A DNA stretch of 64,000 bases. Origin: an uncultured Actinomycetota bacterium. GTDB taxonomy: Bacteria > Actinomycetota > Actinomycetes > JAHEKZ01. Location of the stretch: positions 1,984,001-2,048,000 of the forward strand of contig CAVQYR010000001.1 in the NCBI GenBank assembly GCA_963718235.1, in the 5' to 3' direction. Below the pieces are notes generated by a model. That model was not told the origin of the DNA and did not search any database. It saw nothing but the letters and a program-made list of their open reading frames with translations. Made by a program: the position numbers and the translations under genes. Each line of letters opens with the position of its first letter. Within the stretch, counting starts at the first letter, position 1. Below are positions 47,366 to 57,442 of this stretch, piece after piece.

Positions 47366-48795
47366 GGGTTCATTCTGCCGTCCTCGAGCTGGAGGGCGGT
47401 CGTCACCTGCAGTGCGGCCGCCTGGCCGCTTCCGATGCAGGCCGGGATCCCGACCCCCTCGTAGGCGGCCCCGCAGAGGGCCAGCCCTGCGTGCTCACCG
47501 ACGGTCTCCTGGATCCGGGCGACCCGGTGCAGGTGCCCGACCCGGTACTGGGGCAGGGCGTCGTCCCAGCGGGTGACTGCTGTGGCGATGGGGGCGTCGG
47601 AGAGCCCCGTCGCCGCGGCTAGCTCACCCCAGGCGGCCCAGGCGAGGTCGTCGTCGCCACGGTCGAGATGCGCCGTCTCCCCGAACCGTCCCACCGAGCA
47701 GCGCACGACGACCTGGTCGGGATGGTCCTCGGCCAGCCAGCCCCACTTCTGCGAGGCGAACGTGGCCGCCTTGATCACGCGGTCCTCCGCAGGCGGTACC
47801 AGGAAGCCGGTTCCGACGAGAGGCTCGGTCACGGCCGCCGGCGGCAGGACGAAGGTCGCCAGGGCGACTGACGCGTAGTCGATCTGGCCCAGGTCCAACG
47901 CCGCCCGTGGACTCACCGTCGCCAGCAGCCCGGCCGCCGCCGGCGCGGGGGTGGCCACGATCACCGCGTCGGCCCGCAGGTCGTGCGTCACCGCCCCCTG
48001 CCGGGTCTGCACCACCCAGCCGCCCGACGGGTGCGGGCGTAGTCCCCGGGCCGCGGTGTTCAGCTGGACCTGCGCCCCGGCGGCCTCGACGAGAAGTCCC
48101 GGGAGCCGGCCCAGCCCGCCACGTAACGACGCGAAGACCGGCCCGCTCTGCCCTGCGGACAGCTGCTGCACCTGCTCGGCGGCAGTGAGCAGCGACTTCT
48201 CGATCTGGGCCAGCCGCGCAAGCTGCGGCAGCGTGGCGGCGAAGGACAGCTCGTCGGCGTGCCCGGCGTAGACCCCGCCGAGCAGTGGTTCGACGAGCCG
48301 GTCGACCACCTCACGGCCCAGCCGGGCCGCCACGTAGGTGCCGATCGCGACGTCGTCGGTCTCGGGGTCGAACCGGGTCGCGGGAAGCACCCGGTCAAGG
48401 GGGACCCGCAGCAGTCCCTGCACCGACAGCACCCCACTTGCCGCCAGCGACGTGAGGTCCTGGGGAATGCCGAGCAGAGTGCCCCGGGGTAACGGGCGCA
48501 GGACGCCGTCCAGCCAGAGTGAGGCACCCTCGACCGCCGGGTGGACCACCTGGTCGGACAGCCCCAGCTCGTCGAGCAGGGCGATCCCCTCCGGCCTGCG
48601 GGCGAGCAGCGACTCCGCACCCGCGTCGACGGTGACCCCGCCCACCTCGTGCGACGCGAGCTTGCCGCCGATCCGGTCGCCGGCCTCGACCACCGTGATG
48701 GTCAGCTCGTCACCCAGGCGCCGTCGGGCCTCGTACGCCGCCGACAGGCCGGAGATGCCGGCCCCGATGACGACGAGGTGCGTGGTTCTGCTCAC
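47362..48795 (-). CDS. hemY: Protoporphyrinogen/coproporphyrinogen oxidase (HemY/CgoX)
   Basis: [46 protein letters not shown] motifs. Confidence 0.93.
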   Translation of the reverse strand: MSRTTHLVVIGAGISGLSAAYEARRRLGDELTITVVEAGDRIGGKLASHEVGGVTVDAGAESLLARRPEGIALLDELGLSDQVVHPAVEGASLWLDGVLRPLPRGTLLGIPQDLTSLAASGVLSVQGLLRVPLDRVLPATRFDPETDDVAIGTYVAARLGREVVDRLVEPLLGGVYAGHADELSFAATLPQLARLAQIEKSLLTAAEQVQQLSAGQSGPVFASLRGGLGRLPGLLVEAAGAQVQLNTAARGLRPHPSGGWVVQTRQGAVTHDLRADAVIVATPAPAAAGLLATVSPRAALDLGQIDYASVALATFVLPPAAVTEPLVGTGFLVPPAEDRVIKAATFASQKWGWLAEDHPDQVVVRCSVGRFGETAHLDRGDDDLAWAAWGELAAATGLSDAPIATAVTRWDDALPQYRVGHLHRVARIQETVGEHAGLALCGAAYEGVGIPACIGSGQAAALQVTTALQLEDGRMNP

Positions 48796-48825
48796 TCCCC
48801 CAGCCTCGCAGAGCCGCTCAAGGGA

Positions 48826-49944
48826 CTAGGACGTGGTCTCACGATGGACGACTTCGACGACGTGCGCGAGGGCGGCCGGGTCTGTGGTGGGCAGCACGCC
48901 GTGCCCGAGGTTGAACACGTGGCCAGGCAGCTCACTGGCCGCAGCCAGCACCTCGAGCGTGCGCCGTTCGACCACCGACAGTGGAGCGAAGAGGACCGCC
49001 GGGTCCAAGTTCCCCTGAAGCGCCTTGTCGGGTCCGACCCGGCTCGCGGCCACGTCGAGCGGCACCCGGAAGTCGACCCCGACCACGTCGGCCCCCACCT
49101 CGCCCATGAGGCCCAGCAGCTCACCGGTGTTGACCCCGAAGTGGATGCTCGGCACGTCGAGGTCGGCCAGCCCGGCGAAGATCCGCCTCGAGTGCGGCAT
49201 CACGTACCGCACGTAGTCAGCGGCAGGGAGCGCACCCACCCAGGAGTCGAAGAGCTGGACGGCCGAGGCGCCGGCCAGCACCTGGGTCCGCAGGTAGGCC
49301 AGCGCCAGGTCCGCCAGGCGCTCCATCAGGGCGTGCCACGTGCCGTCGTCGCCGTACATCAGAGCTTTGGTGTTCTCATGGTTGCGACTCGGTCCTCCCT
49401 CGACCAGGTACGACGCCAGGGTGAAGGGAGCGCCGGCGAAACCGATCAACGGAGTGGACCCGAGCTCGCCGACGAGCTGCCCGACGGCCTCGGTCACGTA
49501 GGGGACGTCGTCAGGCTCCAGCGGCCGGAGCACGACCAGGTCGGCGCGATCCCGGATCGGCGATGCCATCACGGGGCCGACGCCGGGCTGGATGTCCACG
49601 TCGACGCCGATCGCCTTCAGCGGCAGGACGATGTCGCTGAAGAAGATGGCCGCGTCGACTCCGTACCGGCGGACCGGCTGGAGCGTGATCTCGGTGACCA
49701 GGTCAGGACGCATGCACGACTCGAGCATGGTCGTGCCTTCGCGCACCTTGCGGTACTCCGGGAGCGAACGGCCGGCCTGACGCATGAACCACACGGGGGT
49801 GTGCGGCACCGGCAGGCGTCGGCAGGCCCGCAGGAACGCGGAGTCGGCAAGGTCCGGTCGGGAGTCTTGAGCCGTCACGAGCGGTGAGTCTGGCACGGCC
49901 CGCGGTGTCCGGCGGCCGGGGCCTTCGTGGTGCGCCGCGTTCAT
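48826..49944 (-). CDS. hemE: Uroporphyrinogen decarboxylase
   Basis: [49 protein letters not shown] motifs. Start is ATG 49944 (ATGA overlap) or GTG 49878. Confidence 0.95.
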   Translation of the reverse strand: MNAAHHEGPGRRTPRAVPDSPLVTAQDSRPDLADSAFLRACRRLPVPHTPVWFMRQAGRSLPEYRKVREGTTMLESCMRPDLVTEITLQPVRRYGVDAAIFFSDIVLPLKAIGVDVDIQPGVGPVMASPIRDRADLVVLRPLEPDDVPYVTEAVGQLVGELGSTPLIGFAGAPFTLASYLVEGGPSRNHENTKALMYGDDGTWHALMERLADLALAYLRTQVLAGASAVQLFDSWVGALPAADYVRYVMPHSRRIFAGLADLDVPSIHFGVNTGELLGLMGEVGADVVGVDFRVPLDVAASRVGPDKALQGNLDPAVLFAPLSVVERRTLEVLAAASELPGHVFNLGHGVLPTTDPAALAHVVEVVHRETTS

Positions 49945-50792
49945 GCTCCGGCCGCAGCGAGCACGACGATCCCGGTCATGGCCAGCGTGACCCCCACCCG
50001 TTGGAGCCGGCTGAGCCGCTCGCCCAGCAGCCCTCGGGCCAACAAGAGCGTCATCACCGGGAACAGCGACCCGAAGACTGCCGTCACGCTCAGCAGACCC
50101 AGCGTGCTGGACCAGCCGTAGAAGGCGTTGGCCCCCATGTCGCCGGCACCTACGGCTGCCATCGCCGACAGGTCGCGCCCACTCGGGCGCAACCAGCCGA
50201 CCAAGACGACGACGAGCAGACCCGCCACGGTCGCGCTGACCGAGCGCTGCACGACCAGGGTCATCACCACGCTGTACTGCGAGCCGCCGGCGAGGAAGAC
50301 ATAGCTCGAGCCGAAGCCCAGCGCGGCGACGACAGCGAACGCGATGGGGCGCCAGCCGTGCTCCCGGCTCGTGTCGACGTCGGTGTGCACGTCCGGCCCA
50401 CCGACCAGGACGATGCCAACCGCTGCCACCACGATGCCCACGATCGACCCGGCGTCTGGGCGCTCGCCGGCGGCCATACCGACGACCACCGGGATCACGA
50501 TGCCCATCGCCGAGATGGGGGACACCACGCCCATCGTTCCGATCGACAGCGCGTGGTAGAACGCCGCCAGACCCAGGGGGCCGGTGAAGCCCCAGATGAT
50601 CGCCCACGGCAGGTAGCCCGCCTCGGCGTGCCATGCGCCGGTGACCAGGACCACGGGGAGCAGGAGCAGGACCGCGGTGGCCTGGGACAGCGCCACCACG
50701 AGCAGGGTGGGCAGCCGCTTGGCCAGCAGCCCACCGAAGAAGTCGGCCGTGCCCCACAGCACGCTGGACATCAGCGCGAGGACGGCGGCCAT
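49941..50792 (-). CDS. DMT/EamA family transporter
   Basis: [46 protein letters not shown] motifs. About 10 TM. Confidence 0.88.
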   Translation of the reverse strand: MAAVLALMSSVLWGTADFFGGLLAKRLPTLLVVALSQATAVLLLLPVVLVTGAWHAEAGYLPWAIIWGFTGPLGLAAFYHALSIGTMGVVSPISAMGIVIPVVVGMAAGERPDAGSIVGIVVAAVGIVLVGGPDVHTDVDTSREHGWRPIAFAVVAALGFGSSYVFLAGGSQYSVVMTLVVQRSVSATVAGLLVVVLVGWLRPSGRDLSAMAAVGAGDMGANAFYGWSSTLGLLSVTAVFGSLFPVMTLLLARGLLGERLSRLQRVGVTLAMTGIVVLAAAGA

Positions 50793-50868
50793 GACGCCCG
50801 CAGCGTAGGTCACTGGCTCCGGCGCGCCGGAGCCGGAGCACGTCGGACCGGAGACGTACGCTTCGGCA

Positions 50869-51447
50869 GTGACCGCACAGGAGTCGCCTCCGGAACCGTT
50901 TCAGGCCGCGCTGGCCTCGTTGCGAGGGGTACGCCTGCGTCCGGAGATCCAGCTCGACGAGGCACCGGCCCCGCAACGCCTGGCTCCCTATGCGGTGGCC
51001 CTGACCGCCGACGTCCTCGACGGCGACGACGAGATCGGCACCGGCCGGTTCGTGGTCCTGCACGACCCCGACGGGCACGACGCCTGGGACGGCACCTTCC
51101 GGGTGGTCACCTTCGCCCGGGCCTCACTCGAGCCGGACATCGCCACCGACCCGCTGATCACCGAGGTCGGCTGGGCGTGGCTGATGGAGTGTCTGGCCGA
51201 CCAGCACGCGCAGTTCCGGGCACCGAGCGGCACGGTCACCCGGGTCGCCTCGGAGAGCTTCGGGACGATGGCGGACCGACCGGGGACCGCCGAGCTGGAG
51301 GTGCGGGCCTCCTGGACGCCGAACGACAGCCAGCTTGCTCCACACCTCCAGGCGTGGGCCGACCTGCTGTGCACCGCATGCGGCCTGCCACCCGTGCCGG
51401 CCGGGGTGGTGTCGCTCCCTCGGCGGTCCGGGCTTCGTCGCGCCTGA
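50869..51447 (+). CDS. DUF3000 family protein
   Basis: [18 protein letters not shown]...W.G.FR, SGTVTR..SE.FG, RASWTP motifs. Conserved between hemE and rnd in actinobacteria. Confidence 0.85.
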   Translation: MTAQESPPEPFQAALASLRGVRLRPEIQLDEAPAPQRLAPYAVALTADVLDGDDEIGTGRFVVLHDPDGHDAWDGTFRVVTFARASLEPDIATDPLITEVGWAWLMECLADQHAQFRAPSGTVTRVASESFGTMADRPGTAELEVRASWTPNDSQLAPHLQAWADLLCTACGLPPVPAGVVSLPRRSGLRRA

Positions 51448-51565
51448 GCCTGCTCCACTCTCCACCGCGGGCGCACCGGGTCAGCCCGCCTCCGACGAGC
51501 CTCCGACGAGCCCGAGAGCCGCCCTGACGCCGCCCGTGCGGGAGACATTCGGCCGCGGCGATGGC

Positions 51566-51593
51566 TACAGGCCCCCCGAGCGCCGTCCGATGG
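51566..51593 (+). promoter_or_regulatory. Possible sigma-28/WhiG-type promoter
   Basis: TACA-N16-TCCGATGG versus the sigma-28 type TAAA-N15/16-GCCGATAA. Lies upstream of the whiI-like gene. Confidence 0.3.
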
Positions 51594-51649
51594 TTGGGGA
51601 GTAACGAACGCGCTGCCATGGCGCTATTGGACCGAACCCAGGAGGACGA

Positions 51650-52270
51650 GTGACCGCACTCGTCGAGCGCAACGGAGTCCCACCGGGGTTCCGCGCCGCT
51701 CGTTTCACGGCGATGGCGGTCGTGGCCCATGCCGACCTGCGGGAGACCGTGGTGCGGCGCCTTCAGGTGCTCGGGGCCGCCGAGGTCTCCGAGGCGGCCA
51801 GCGTGGCGGAGGCCCGCGCCCGGGCGATGGCCACCGGCCCCCGCGACCTGTGCGTCATCGACCTCGCGCTCCCCGACGGCTCCGGGCTCACCCTGCTGAA
51901 CGAGCTCCGGCACGCCGGCTGGAGCCGCTGCGTGGCCCTGTCCCCCGGCGACGACCCCTATTCGGTGCGGGCGGCCCTGGCTGCCGGCGTCAAGGGGTTC
52001 GTGGTGACCGGGTCGGCCACCGAGGGAGCCCGCCCACCGGTCAACCCCCGCGGGCGCAACGGTGGAGGCGGTCCGGACGGGCTGTCCCAGCGCGAGATCG
52101 AGGTGCTGCAGCTGGTCTCCCAGGGCCAGTCCAACCGTGACATCGGCGTGGCCCTGAGCCTGTCCGCCCTGACCGTCAAGAGCCACCTGGCCCGGATCGC
52201 CCGCAAGCTCGGCACCGGGGACCGGGCCGAGATGGTCGCCGTCGCCCTCCGGGCCGGCGTCATCTCCTGA
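51650..52270 (+). CDS. whiI: Atypical LuxR/NarL-family response regulator, WhiI orthologue
   Basis: Receiver lacks the acidic pair (VVAH) and the conserved Lys (GFVVTG). LPDGSGLTLL and LSALTVKSHLARIARKLGTGDRA.MVAVALR.G match Streptomyces WhiI as recalled. DUF3000-whiI-rnd synteny. Confidence 0.8.
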   Translation: MTALVERNGVPPGFRAARFTAMAVVAHADLRETVVRRLQVLGAAEVSEAASVAEARARAMATGPRDLCVIDLALPDGSGLTLLNELRHAGWSRCVALSPGDDPYSVRAALAAGVKGFVVTGSATEGARPPVNPRGRNGGGGPDGLSQREIEVLQLVSQGQSNRDIGVALSLSALTVKSHLARIARKLGTGDRAEMVAVALRAGVIS

Positions 52271-52382
52271 CCGATCGCCTGACCCGTCGCCCGAACGATC
52301 GCCTGACCAGCACGTCTTCGCCTCGCCCGGTCAGGGCTCGGGTCCCGTCCCGCTCAGGGTGCAGAGCGTACGCTGTGCACCC

Positions 52383-53663
52383 GTGACCGAGGAACCTCCC
52401 ACCGCGCCGGTCGCCGTTCCTCTCCTCGAGCCCCGTGAGGGCCTGCCTGACGTCGTCGTCACCGCCGAGGCGCTCGCTCAGGCGGCCCGGCGGCTGGCCG
52501 ACGGTGACGGCCCGATCGCCGTCGACGCCGAGCGGGCCAGCGGATACCGCTACGGCCACCGCGCGTACCTGGTCCAGCTGCGGCGCAGCGGGTCCGGGAC
52601 CGTACTGGTCGACCCGATCCCCTTCCCCGACCTCAGCACGCTGGCCACCGCCATGGACGACGCCGAGTGGGTGCTGCACGCCGCCTCACAGGACCTGCCC
52701 TGCCTGGCCGACATCGGCCTGCGTCCCCGGTCGCTCTTCGACACCGAGCTGGCCGGGCGCCTGCTCGGGCACCCCCGGGTCGGTCTTGCGGCCATGACCG
52801 AGTCGGTGCTCGGGTTCGCCCTCGAGAAGGGCCACTCGGCAGCCGACTGGTCCACCCGCCCGCTCCCGGACGACTGGCTGCGCTACGCGGCGCTCGACGT
52901 CGAGGTGCTGATCGAGCTGCGCGACGCCCTCGTCGAGCAGCTGGACGAGCAGGGCAAGGCGGAGTGGGCTGCGCAGGAGTTCGCCGCGATCGCCGCGGCG
53001 CCCCCACCCACCCCACGGGTCGAGCCCTGGCGGCGCACGTCGGGCCTGCACCGGGTCCGCAAACCGCGCCAGCTCGCGGCCGTGCGAGAGCTGTGGGCTG
53101 CCCGCGACCAGATGGCGCAGCGTCGCGACACCGCTCCCGGTCGGATCCTTCCCGACGCCGCGATCATCGACGCCGCGCAGACGCTGCCGGTCACCCGCGA
53201 CGCCCTGCTCGCCCTGCCGGTCTTCGGCGGCCGGTCGACCCGACGGCACGTCGCGACCTGGTTCGACGCCCTCGAGCGGGCCAGGAGCCTGCCCGACGAT
53301 GCGCTGCCGGCGACCCAGGCCCCCAACGACGGGCCGCCTCCGGCCCGGTCGTGGGGGGACAAGGACCCGGTTGCTGCGGCCCGGCTGGCCGCCCTGCGCG
53401 CGGCGGTGGCTGCGATCGCCGACGAGCACACGCTCCCGACCGAGAACCTCCTGGCCCCGGACACGGTGCGCCGGATCGCCTGGCAACCCCCACCCGACCA
53501 CTCCGAACACGGACTCGAGGACACCCTGCGCGGGCACGGGGCCCGCCCCTGGCAGATCGACCTGACCGCTCGTGCGCTGGCCAAGGCGCTGGACCGGCTG
53601 GAGCGGCAGGACCTGCCGCCCGAACCCGAGCGCGGCCTTGGCGACGTCAGTCACACAAGGTAA
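52383..53663 (+). CDS. rnd: Ribonuclease D (3'-5' exonuclease + HRDC)
   Basis: AVDAERASGYRY, LHAASQDLPCL, FDTELA, DWSTRPL, YAALDV, WRRTSG, ENLL.P motifs. Confidence 0.92.
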   Translation: MTEEPPTAPVAVPLLEPREGLPDVVVTAEALAQAARRLADGDGPIAVDAERASGYRYGHRAYLVQLRRSGSGTVLVDPIPFPDLSTLATAMDDAEWVLHAASQDLPCLADIGLRPRSLFDTELAGRLLGHPRVGLAAMTESVLGFALEKGHSAADWSTRPLPDDWLRYAALDVEVLIELRDALVEQLDEQGKAEWAAQEFAAIAAAPPPTPRVEPWRRTSGLHRVRKPRQLAAVRELWAARDQMAQRRDTAPGRILPDAAIIDAAQTLPVTRDALLALPVFGGRSTRRHVATWFDALERARSLPDDALPATQAPNDGPPPARSWGDKDPVAAARLAALRAAVAAIADEHTLPTENLLAPDTVRRIAWQPPPDHSEHGLEDTLRGHGARPWQIDLTARALAKALDRLERQDLPPEPERGLGDVSHTR

Positions 53664-53679
53664 GGTTCGCCTTACCTAA
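53661..53679 (+). promoter_or_regulatory. IdeR/DtxR iron box
   Basis: TAAGGTTCGCCTTACCTAA matches TWAGGTWAGSCTWACCTWA at 18/19 positions. Lies 30 bp upstream of an iron permease. Confidence 0.85.
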
Positions 53680-53708
53680 GAAGTCCGTCCCGAGCGCGAG
53701 AGGTCCGC

Positions 53709-54563
53709 ATGTTCCTCGCCAACTACCTGATCGGCCTGCGTGAGGGCCTGGAGGCCGCGCTGGTCGTGAGCATCCTCGTGGCCTACCTGGTCAAGACCGG
53801 GAACCAGCAGCTGCTGCGCTGGGTGTGGACGGGGGTCGGGACCGCCGTCGGTCTGTCCGTCGCGGTCTCGGTCGCGCTCCAGGTCACCTCCAACGAGCTG
53901 TCCTTCACCGCGCAGGAGGTCTTCGGCGGGGTGATGTCGATCATCGCGGTGGTCTTCGTCACCTGGATGGTCTTCTGGATGCGCAAGGCATCCCGGTCGA
54001 TCAAGGGCGAGCTCGAGGGAGCGGTCGACAAGGCGCTCGCGATGGGTGCTGGCGCAGTGGCCACCGTCGCGTTCCTGGCGGTGGCGCGCGAAGGACTCGA
54101 GACCGCCGTCTTCGTGTGGAGCAGCGTGTCGAACTCGACGAGCCCGACGGTCGGTTTCAGCGGCGCCGTCCTCGGCCTGGCGACCTCGGTCGTGCTCGGC
54201 TACCTGATCTACCGGGGTGCCCTGCGGATCAACCTCGCGGTGTTCTTCAAGGTCACCGGGGCGCTGCTCATCGTCGTCGCTGCCGGGGTCCTGGCGTACG
54301 GCGTCCACGACCTCCAGGAGGCCGGGGTCCTGCCGGGGCTGAACAACCTCGCGTTCGACGTCTCGTCGGTGATCGCGCCCACCACCGTGCTCGGCACGTT
54401 GCTCAAGGGCATCTTCAACTTCCAGCCCGACCCCACCGTCCTGCAGGTCCTGGTGTGGGTCGCCTATGTGGTGCCCGTCCTCGCCCTGTTCCTGCGTGCG
54501 CCCAGGAGCGCGCGCCCCGCGCCAGCCCGCGCCAACCAGTCCACGAGCGTCGCAGGAACGTGA
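53709..54563 (+). CDS. efeU: FTR1/EfeU iron permease
   Basis: Two REGLE motifs, WMVFWM, GVHDLQEAG.LPG. Confidence 0.92.
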   Translation: MFLANYLIGLREGLEAALVVSILVAYLVKTGNQQLLRWVWTGVGTAVGLSVAVSVALQVTSNELSFTAQEVFGGVMSIIAVVFVTWMVFWMRKASRSIKGELEGAVDKALAMGAGAVATVAFLAVAREGLETAVFVWSSVSNSTSPTVGFSGAVLGLATSVVLGYLIYRGALRINLAVFFKVTGALLIVVAAGVLAYGVHDLQEAGVLPGLNNLAFDVSSVIAPTTVLGTLLKGIFNFQPDPTVLQVLVWVAYVVPVLALFLRAPRSARPAPARANQSTSVAGT

Positions 54564-55318
54564 GCCGGTCGCCGCGCGTCGACCCGGCAGCGGTCGATGC
54601 GGCAGTGGTCGATGTGGCGCTGGTCGCAGACGTACGCAGCGCGCTCACCGAGGTCGCCGACCCCGACCGGGCCCCGGCGATGCAGACCTACATGAAGTCG
54701 TCGATGCCGTTCTACGGCGTTCCCTCCCCCACGCTGCGCCGGGTCCTTCGACCCGTCTTCGACGCACATGTGCTGCCCGGCCGGGGCGCGTTCGAGTCAA
54801 CAGCCCGCGCACTGTGGGACGACGCGACACACCGCGAGGAGCGCTACGCCGCACTCGCCCTGACCGGCCACCGCTCGTACCGGTCGTGGCAGGACCCAGG
54901 GCTGGTGCCCCTGTACGAGCACTTCGTGGTCACCGGCGCGTGGTGGGACCTCGTCGACCCGGTCGCCTCCCGCTCCCTGGGGCCGCTGCTTCGCGGCTTC
55001 CCCGGCGAGGTCGGACCGGTCATGCGTCGCTGGGCCAGTGACGACGACCTGTGGCGCCGCCGGTCCTCGATCATCGTGCAGCTGGGCTCCAAGGCGGGGA
55101 CCGACACCGACCTGCTGGCCGCCTGCATCGAGCCAAACCTGGGCCGTCCGGAGTTCTTCCTCCGCAAGGCGATCGGCTGGGCTCTGCGCGCCTACGGTGC
55201 GTCGAACCCTGAATGGGTGTGGCGGTTCGTCGACGAGCACCGCGAGACGATGGCGCCCTTGTCACTGAGGGAGGCAACTCGGAGACTCCCTCCGCGCTGC
55301 CTCGCAAGACATCCATGA
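54560..55318 (+). CDS. DNA alkylation repair protein (AlkD-like)
   Basis: MQTYMKS, REERY, GAWWDLVD, W.RR.SI..QL..K..TD, EFFLRKAIGWALR, LS.REA motifs. Confidence 0.85.
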   Translation: MSRSPRVDPAAVDAAVVDVALVADVRSALTEVADPDRAPAMQTYMKSSMPFYGVPSPTLRRVLRPVFDAHVLPGRGAFESTARALWDDATHREERYAALALTGHRSYRSWQDPGLVPLYEHFVVTGAWWDLVDPVASRSLGPLLRGFPGEVGPVMRRWASDDDLWRRRSSIIVQLGSKAGTDTDLLAACIEPNLGRPEFFLRKAIGWALRAYGASNPEWVWRFVDEHRETMAPLSLREATRRLPPRCLARHP

Positions 55319-55415
55319 GGACGCCGGTCGGGTCGATCCCCGACCGGCGCCTCGATCCAGCACATCATGGGCGTCACCTTCTCCCACCGGTTCCGGGACT
55401 CACCGAGGATCGCGG

Positions 55416-55916
55416 TCACGGGGTCATGTTCTGCGCCAGGGCCAGGTGCTCACGCGCGGCGCTGTAATCCGACGAGTACCCGGGTGACTGAACCGACGGT
55501 TCATTCGTCGGAACCCGCTGCCCGAGCGGCGACCCGAACAGGTCGACCGAGCCACGGTAGACGTGCGGCGTGGTCACCGGCAGGTTGGAGAGCTCAAGCG
55601 CCGGAACCCGCTGTCCCAGCGACGCACCGCTCAGGTCGACCGGCGCGGTGGGTACCGTCACCGACAGCGACTGCTGGTCCTGCAGCTGGGAGATCTCGTC
55701 AGCACTGTTCCACGTGCCGACCCCGTACCCAGCCAGCAGCCCGACGAGGCCGGACAGCAGTCCCACGGCCAGGAACTTGGGCCAGGTACGCTTCTTGGGC
55801 TCACGTACGTGCGGTGGCAACTGCCACGAGCGTTCGAGAGCCTCGTGCTCTTCGAGCGTCGGAGTCGTTGGACGCTCGATCACTTGCGTTTCAGGACGTT
55901 CGAGAGTGGTTGTCAT
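55416..55916 (-). CDS. Hypothetical single-TM protein with internal repeat
   Basis: GGGAGG RBS. One TM (FLAVGLLSGLVGLLAGYGVG). Repeat VDLSGASLGQRVPA / VDLFGSPLGQRVPT. Confidence 0.55.
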   Translation of the reverse strand: MTTTLERPETQVIERPTTPTLEEHEALERSWQLPPHVREPKKRTWPKFLAVGLLSGLVGLLAGYGVGTWNSADEISQLQDQQSLSVTVPTAPVDLSGASLGQRVPALELSNLPVTTPHVYRGSVDLFGSPLGQRVPTNEPSVQSPGYSSDYSAAREHLALAQNMTP

Positions 55917-56164
55917 GGTCGTCGCCTCCCTCGGTGGCAACGGGGCCGGCGACCGCGGACCGCTCACCGGTCCCACAGTCAGTGTCCCGCGAGACCCGTT
56001 CGCAGGCCAGAGGCGTTCGTCCTTCGTCAGCGCCAGAGTCGTTCGCCCCCACATCCCTGACCCGAAATGACCAAGGGGTCAGGGCCGCAACTGGGCCTGC
56101 TCCCGCCCCACGTCGTCCTCGGTGATGTCGCGCCGTATACCGGGCGGGGGTGCTTCCCTGGCTT

Positions 56165-56180
56165 GTTACCGGCGAGTAGC
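56165..56180. promoter_or_regulatory. Imperfect palindrome upstream of the fadA-fadB operon (possible operator)
   Basis: GTTACC-GGCG-AGTAGC about 50 bp before the thiolase start. Confidence 0.3.
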
Positions 56181-56230
56181 ATCGGGTCGTCCGGCACCTG
56201 CAGCGTCATGCTGCCGTCCCTGGAGGCCCT

Positions 56231-57442
56231 GTGGCACGCATCGTCCGAGAGGTCGTCTTCGTCGACGGCGTCCGCACCCCGTTCGGCAAGGCGGGCGGCA
56301 TGTTCGCCGAGACCCGGGCCGACGACCTCATCGTCAAGGTCATCCGCGAGCTGCTGCGCCGCAACCCGGACCTGCCCGCCGACCGGATCGACGAGGTCGC
56401 CGTCGCCGCGACCACGCAGACCGGCGACCAGGGGCTCACCCTGGGCCGCAGCGCCGGGATCCTGGCCGGTCTTCCGCGCAGCGTCCCCGGCTACTCGATC
56501 GACCGGATGTGCGCCGGGGCGATGACGGCAGTCACCACGACCGCCTCCGCCATCGCGTGCGGTGCCTATGACGTCGCCTTCGCCGGCGGGGTCGAGCACA
56601 TGGGCCGTCACCCCATGGGTGAGGGCATGGACCCCAACCCCCGCTTCGTGGCCGAGAAGCTGGTCGACCCGGAGGCCCTGGTCATGGGCCAGACCGCGGA
56701 GAACCTGCACGACCGGTTCCCCCACCTGACCAGGCAACGGGCCGACGCGTACGCGGTGCACAGCCAGGAGAAGCTGGCCAAGGCCTACGCCGACGAGCTG
56801 ATCCAGCCCGACCTGGTTCCGGTCGCCACCCGCAGCACCGACGACGGCTGGGGACTCGCCACCGCCGACGAGCCCCCACGGCCAGGCACCACGCTCGAGG
56901 GGCTGGCCGGGCTGCGCACACCGTTTCGCGCGCACGGCCGGGTCACGGCCGGAAATGCAGCCGGGCTCAATGACGGGGCAACCGGTGCCTTCGTCGTGGC
57001 CGAGGACGTCGCCGACGAGCTCGGCCTCACCAAGAAGCTGCGGCTGGTGTCCTACGGCTATGCCGGGGTCGAGCCCGAGGTCATGGGCATCGGCCCCGTG
57101 CCGTCCACGCTCAAGGCCCTGAAGGTCGCCGGGCTGTCGATCGAGGACATCGGCCTGTTCGAGGTCAACGAGGCGTTCGCCGTGCAGGTCCTCGCCTTCC
57201 TCGACCACTTCGGTCTGGCCGACGACGACCCTCGGGTCAACGCCTACGGCGGCGCCATTGCCGTCGGCCACCCCCTGGCGTCGTCTGGCGTGCGGTTGAT
57301 GATCCAGCTCGCCCGACAGTTCGAGGAGCACCCCGAGGTCCGCTACGGCGTCACCACGATGTGCATCGGGCTCGGCATGGGCGGCACGGTCATCTGGGAG
57401 AACCCCCACTACGCCACGAGCGCAGACGAGGACGCCGCATGA
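56231..57442 (+). CDS. fadA: Acetyl-CoA C-acyltransferase (thiolase)
   Basis: RTPFGK, DRMCAG (catalytic Cys), GGVEHM, TAGNA..LNDGA, NEAFA, GHPL, CIGLGMG motifs. Confidence 0.93.
   Translation: MARIVREVVFVDGVRTPFGKAGGMFAETRADDLIVKVIRELLRRNPDLPADRIDEVAVAATTQTGDQGLTLGRSAGILAGLPRSVPGYSIDRMCAGAMTAVTTTASAIACGAYDVAFAGGVEHMGRHPMGEGMDPNPRFVAEKLVDPEALVMGQTAENLHDRFPHLTRQRADAYAVHSQEKLAKAYADELIQPDLVPVATRSTDDGWGLATADEPPRPGTTLEGLAGLRTPFRAHGRVTAGNAAGLNDGATGAFVVAEDVADELGLTKKLRLVSYGYAGVEPEVMGIGPVPSTLKALKVAGLSIEDIGLFEVNEAFAVQVLAFLDHFGLADDDPRVNAYGGAIAVGHPLASSGVRLMIQLARQFEEHPEVRYGVTTMCIGLGMGGTVIWENPHYATSADEDAA

Noticed and set aside
51490-51511. Short tandem repeat CTCCGACGAGC x2 (also CGATCGCCTGACC x2 near 52272-52308)
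   Set aside because: Only two copies in GC-rich intergenic DNA. No supportable function.
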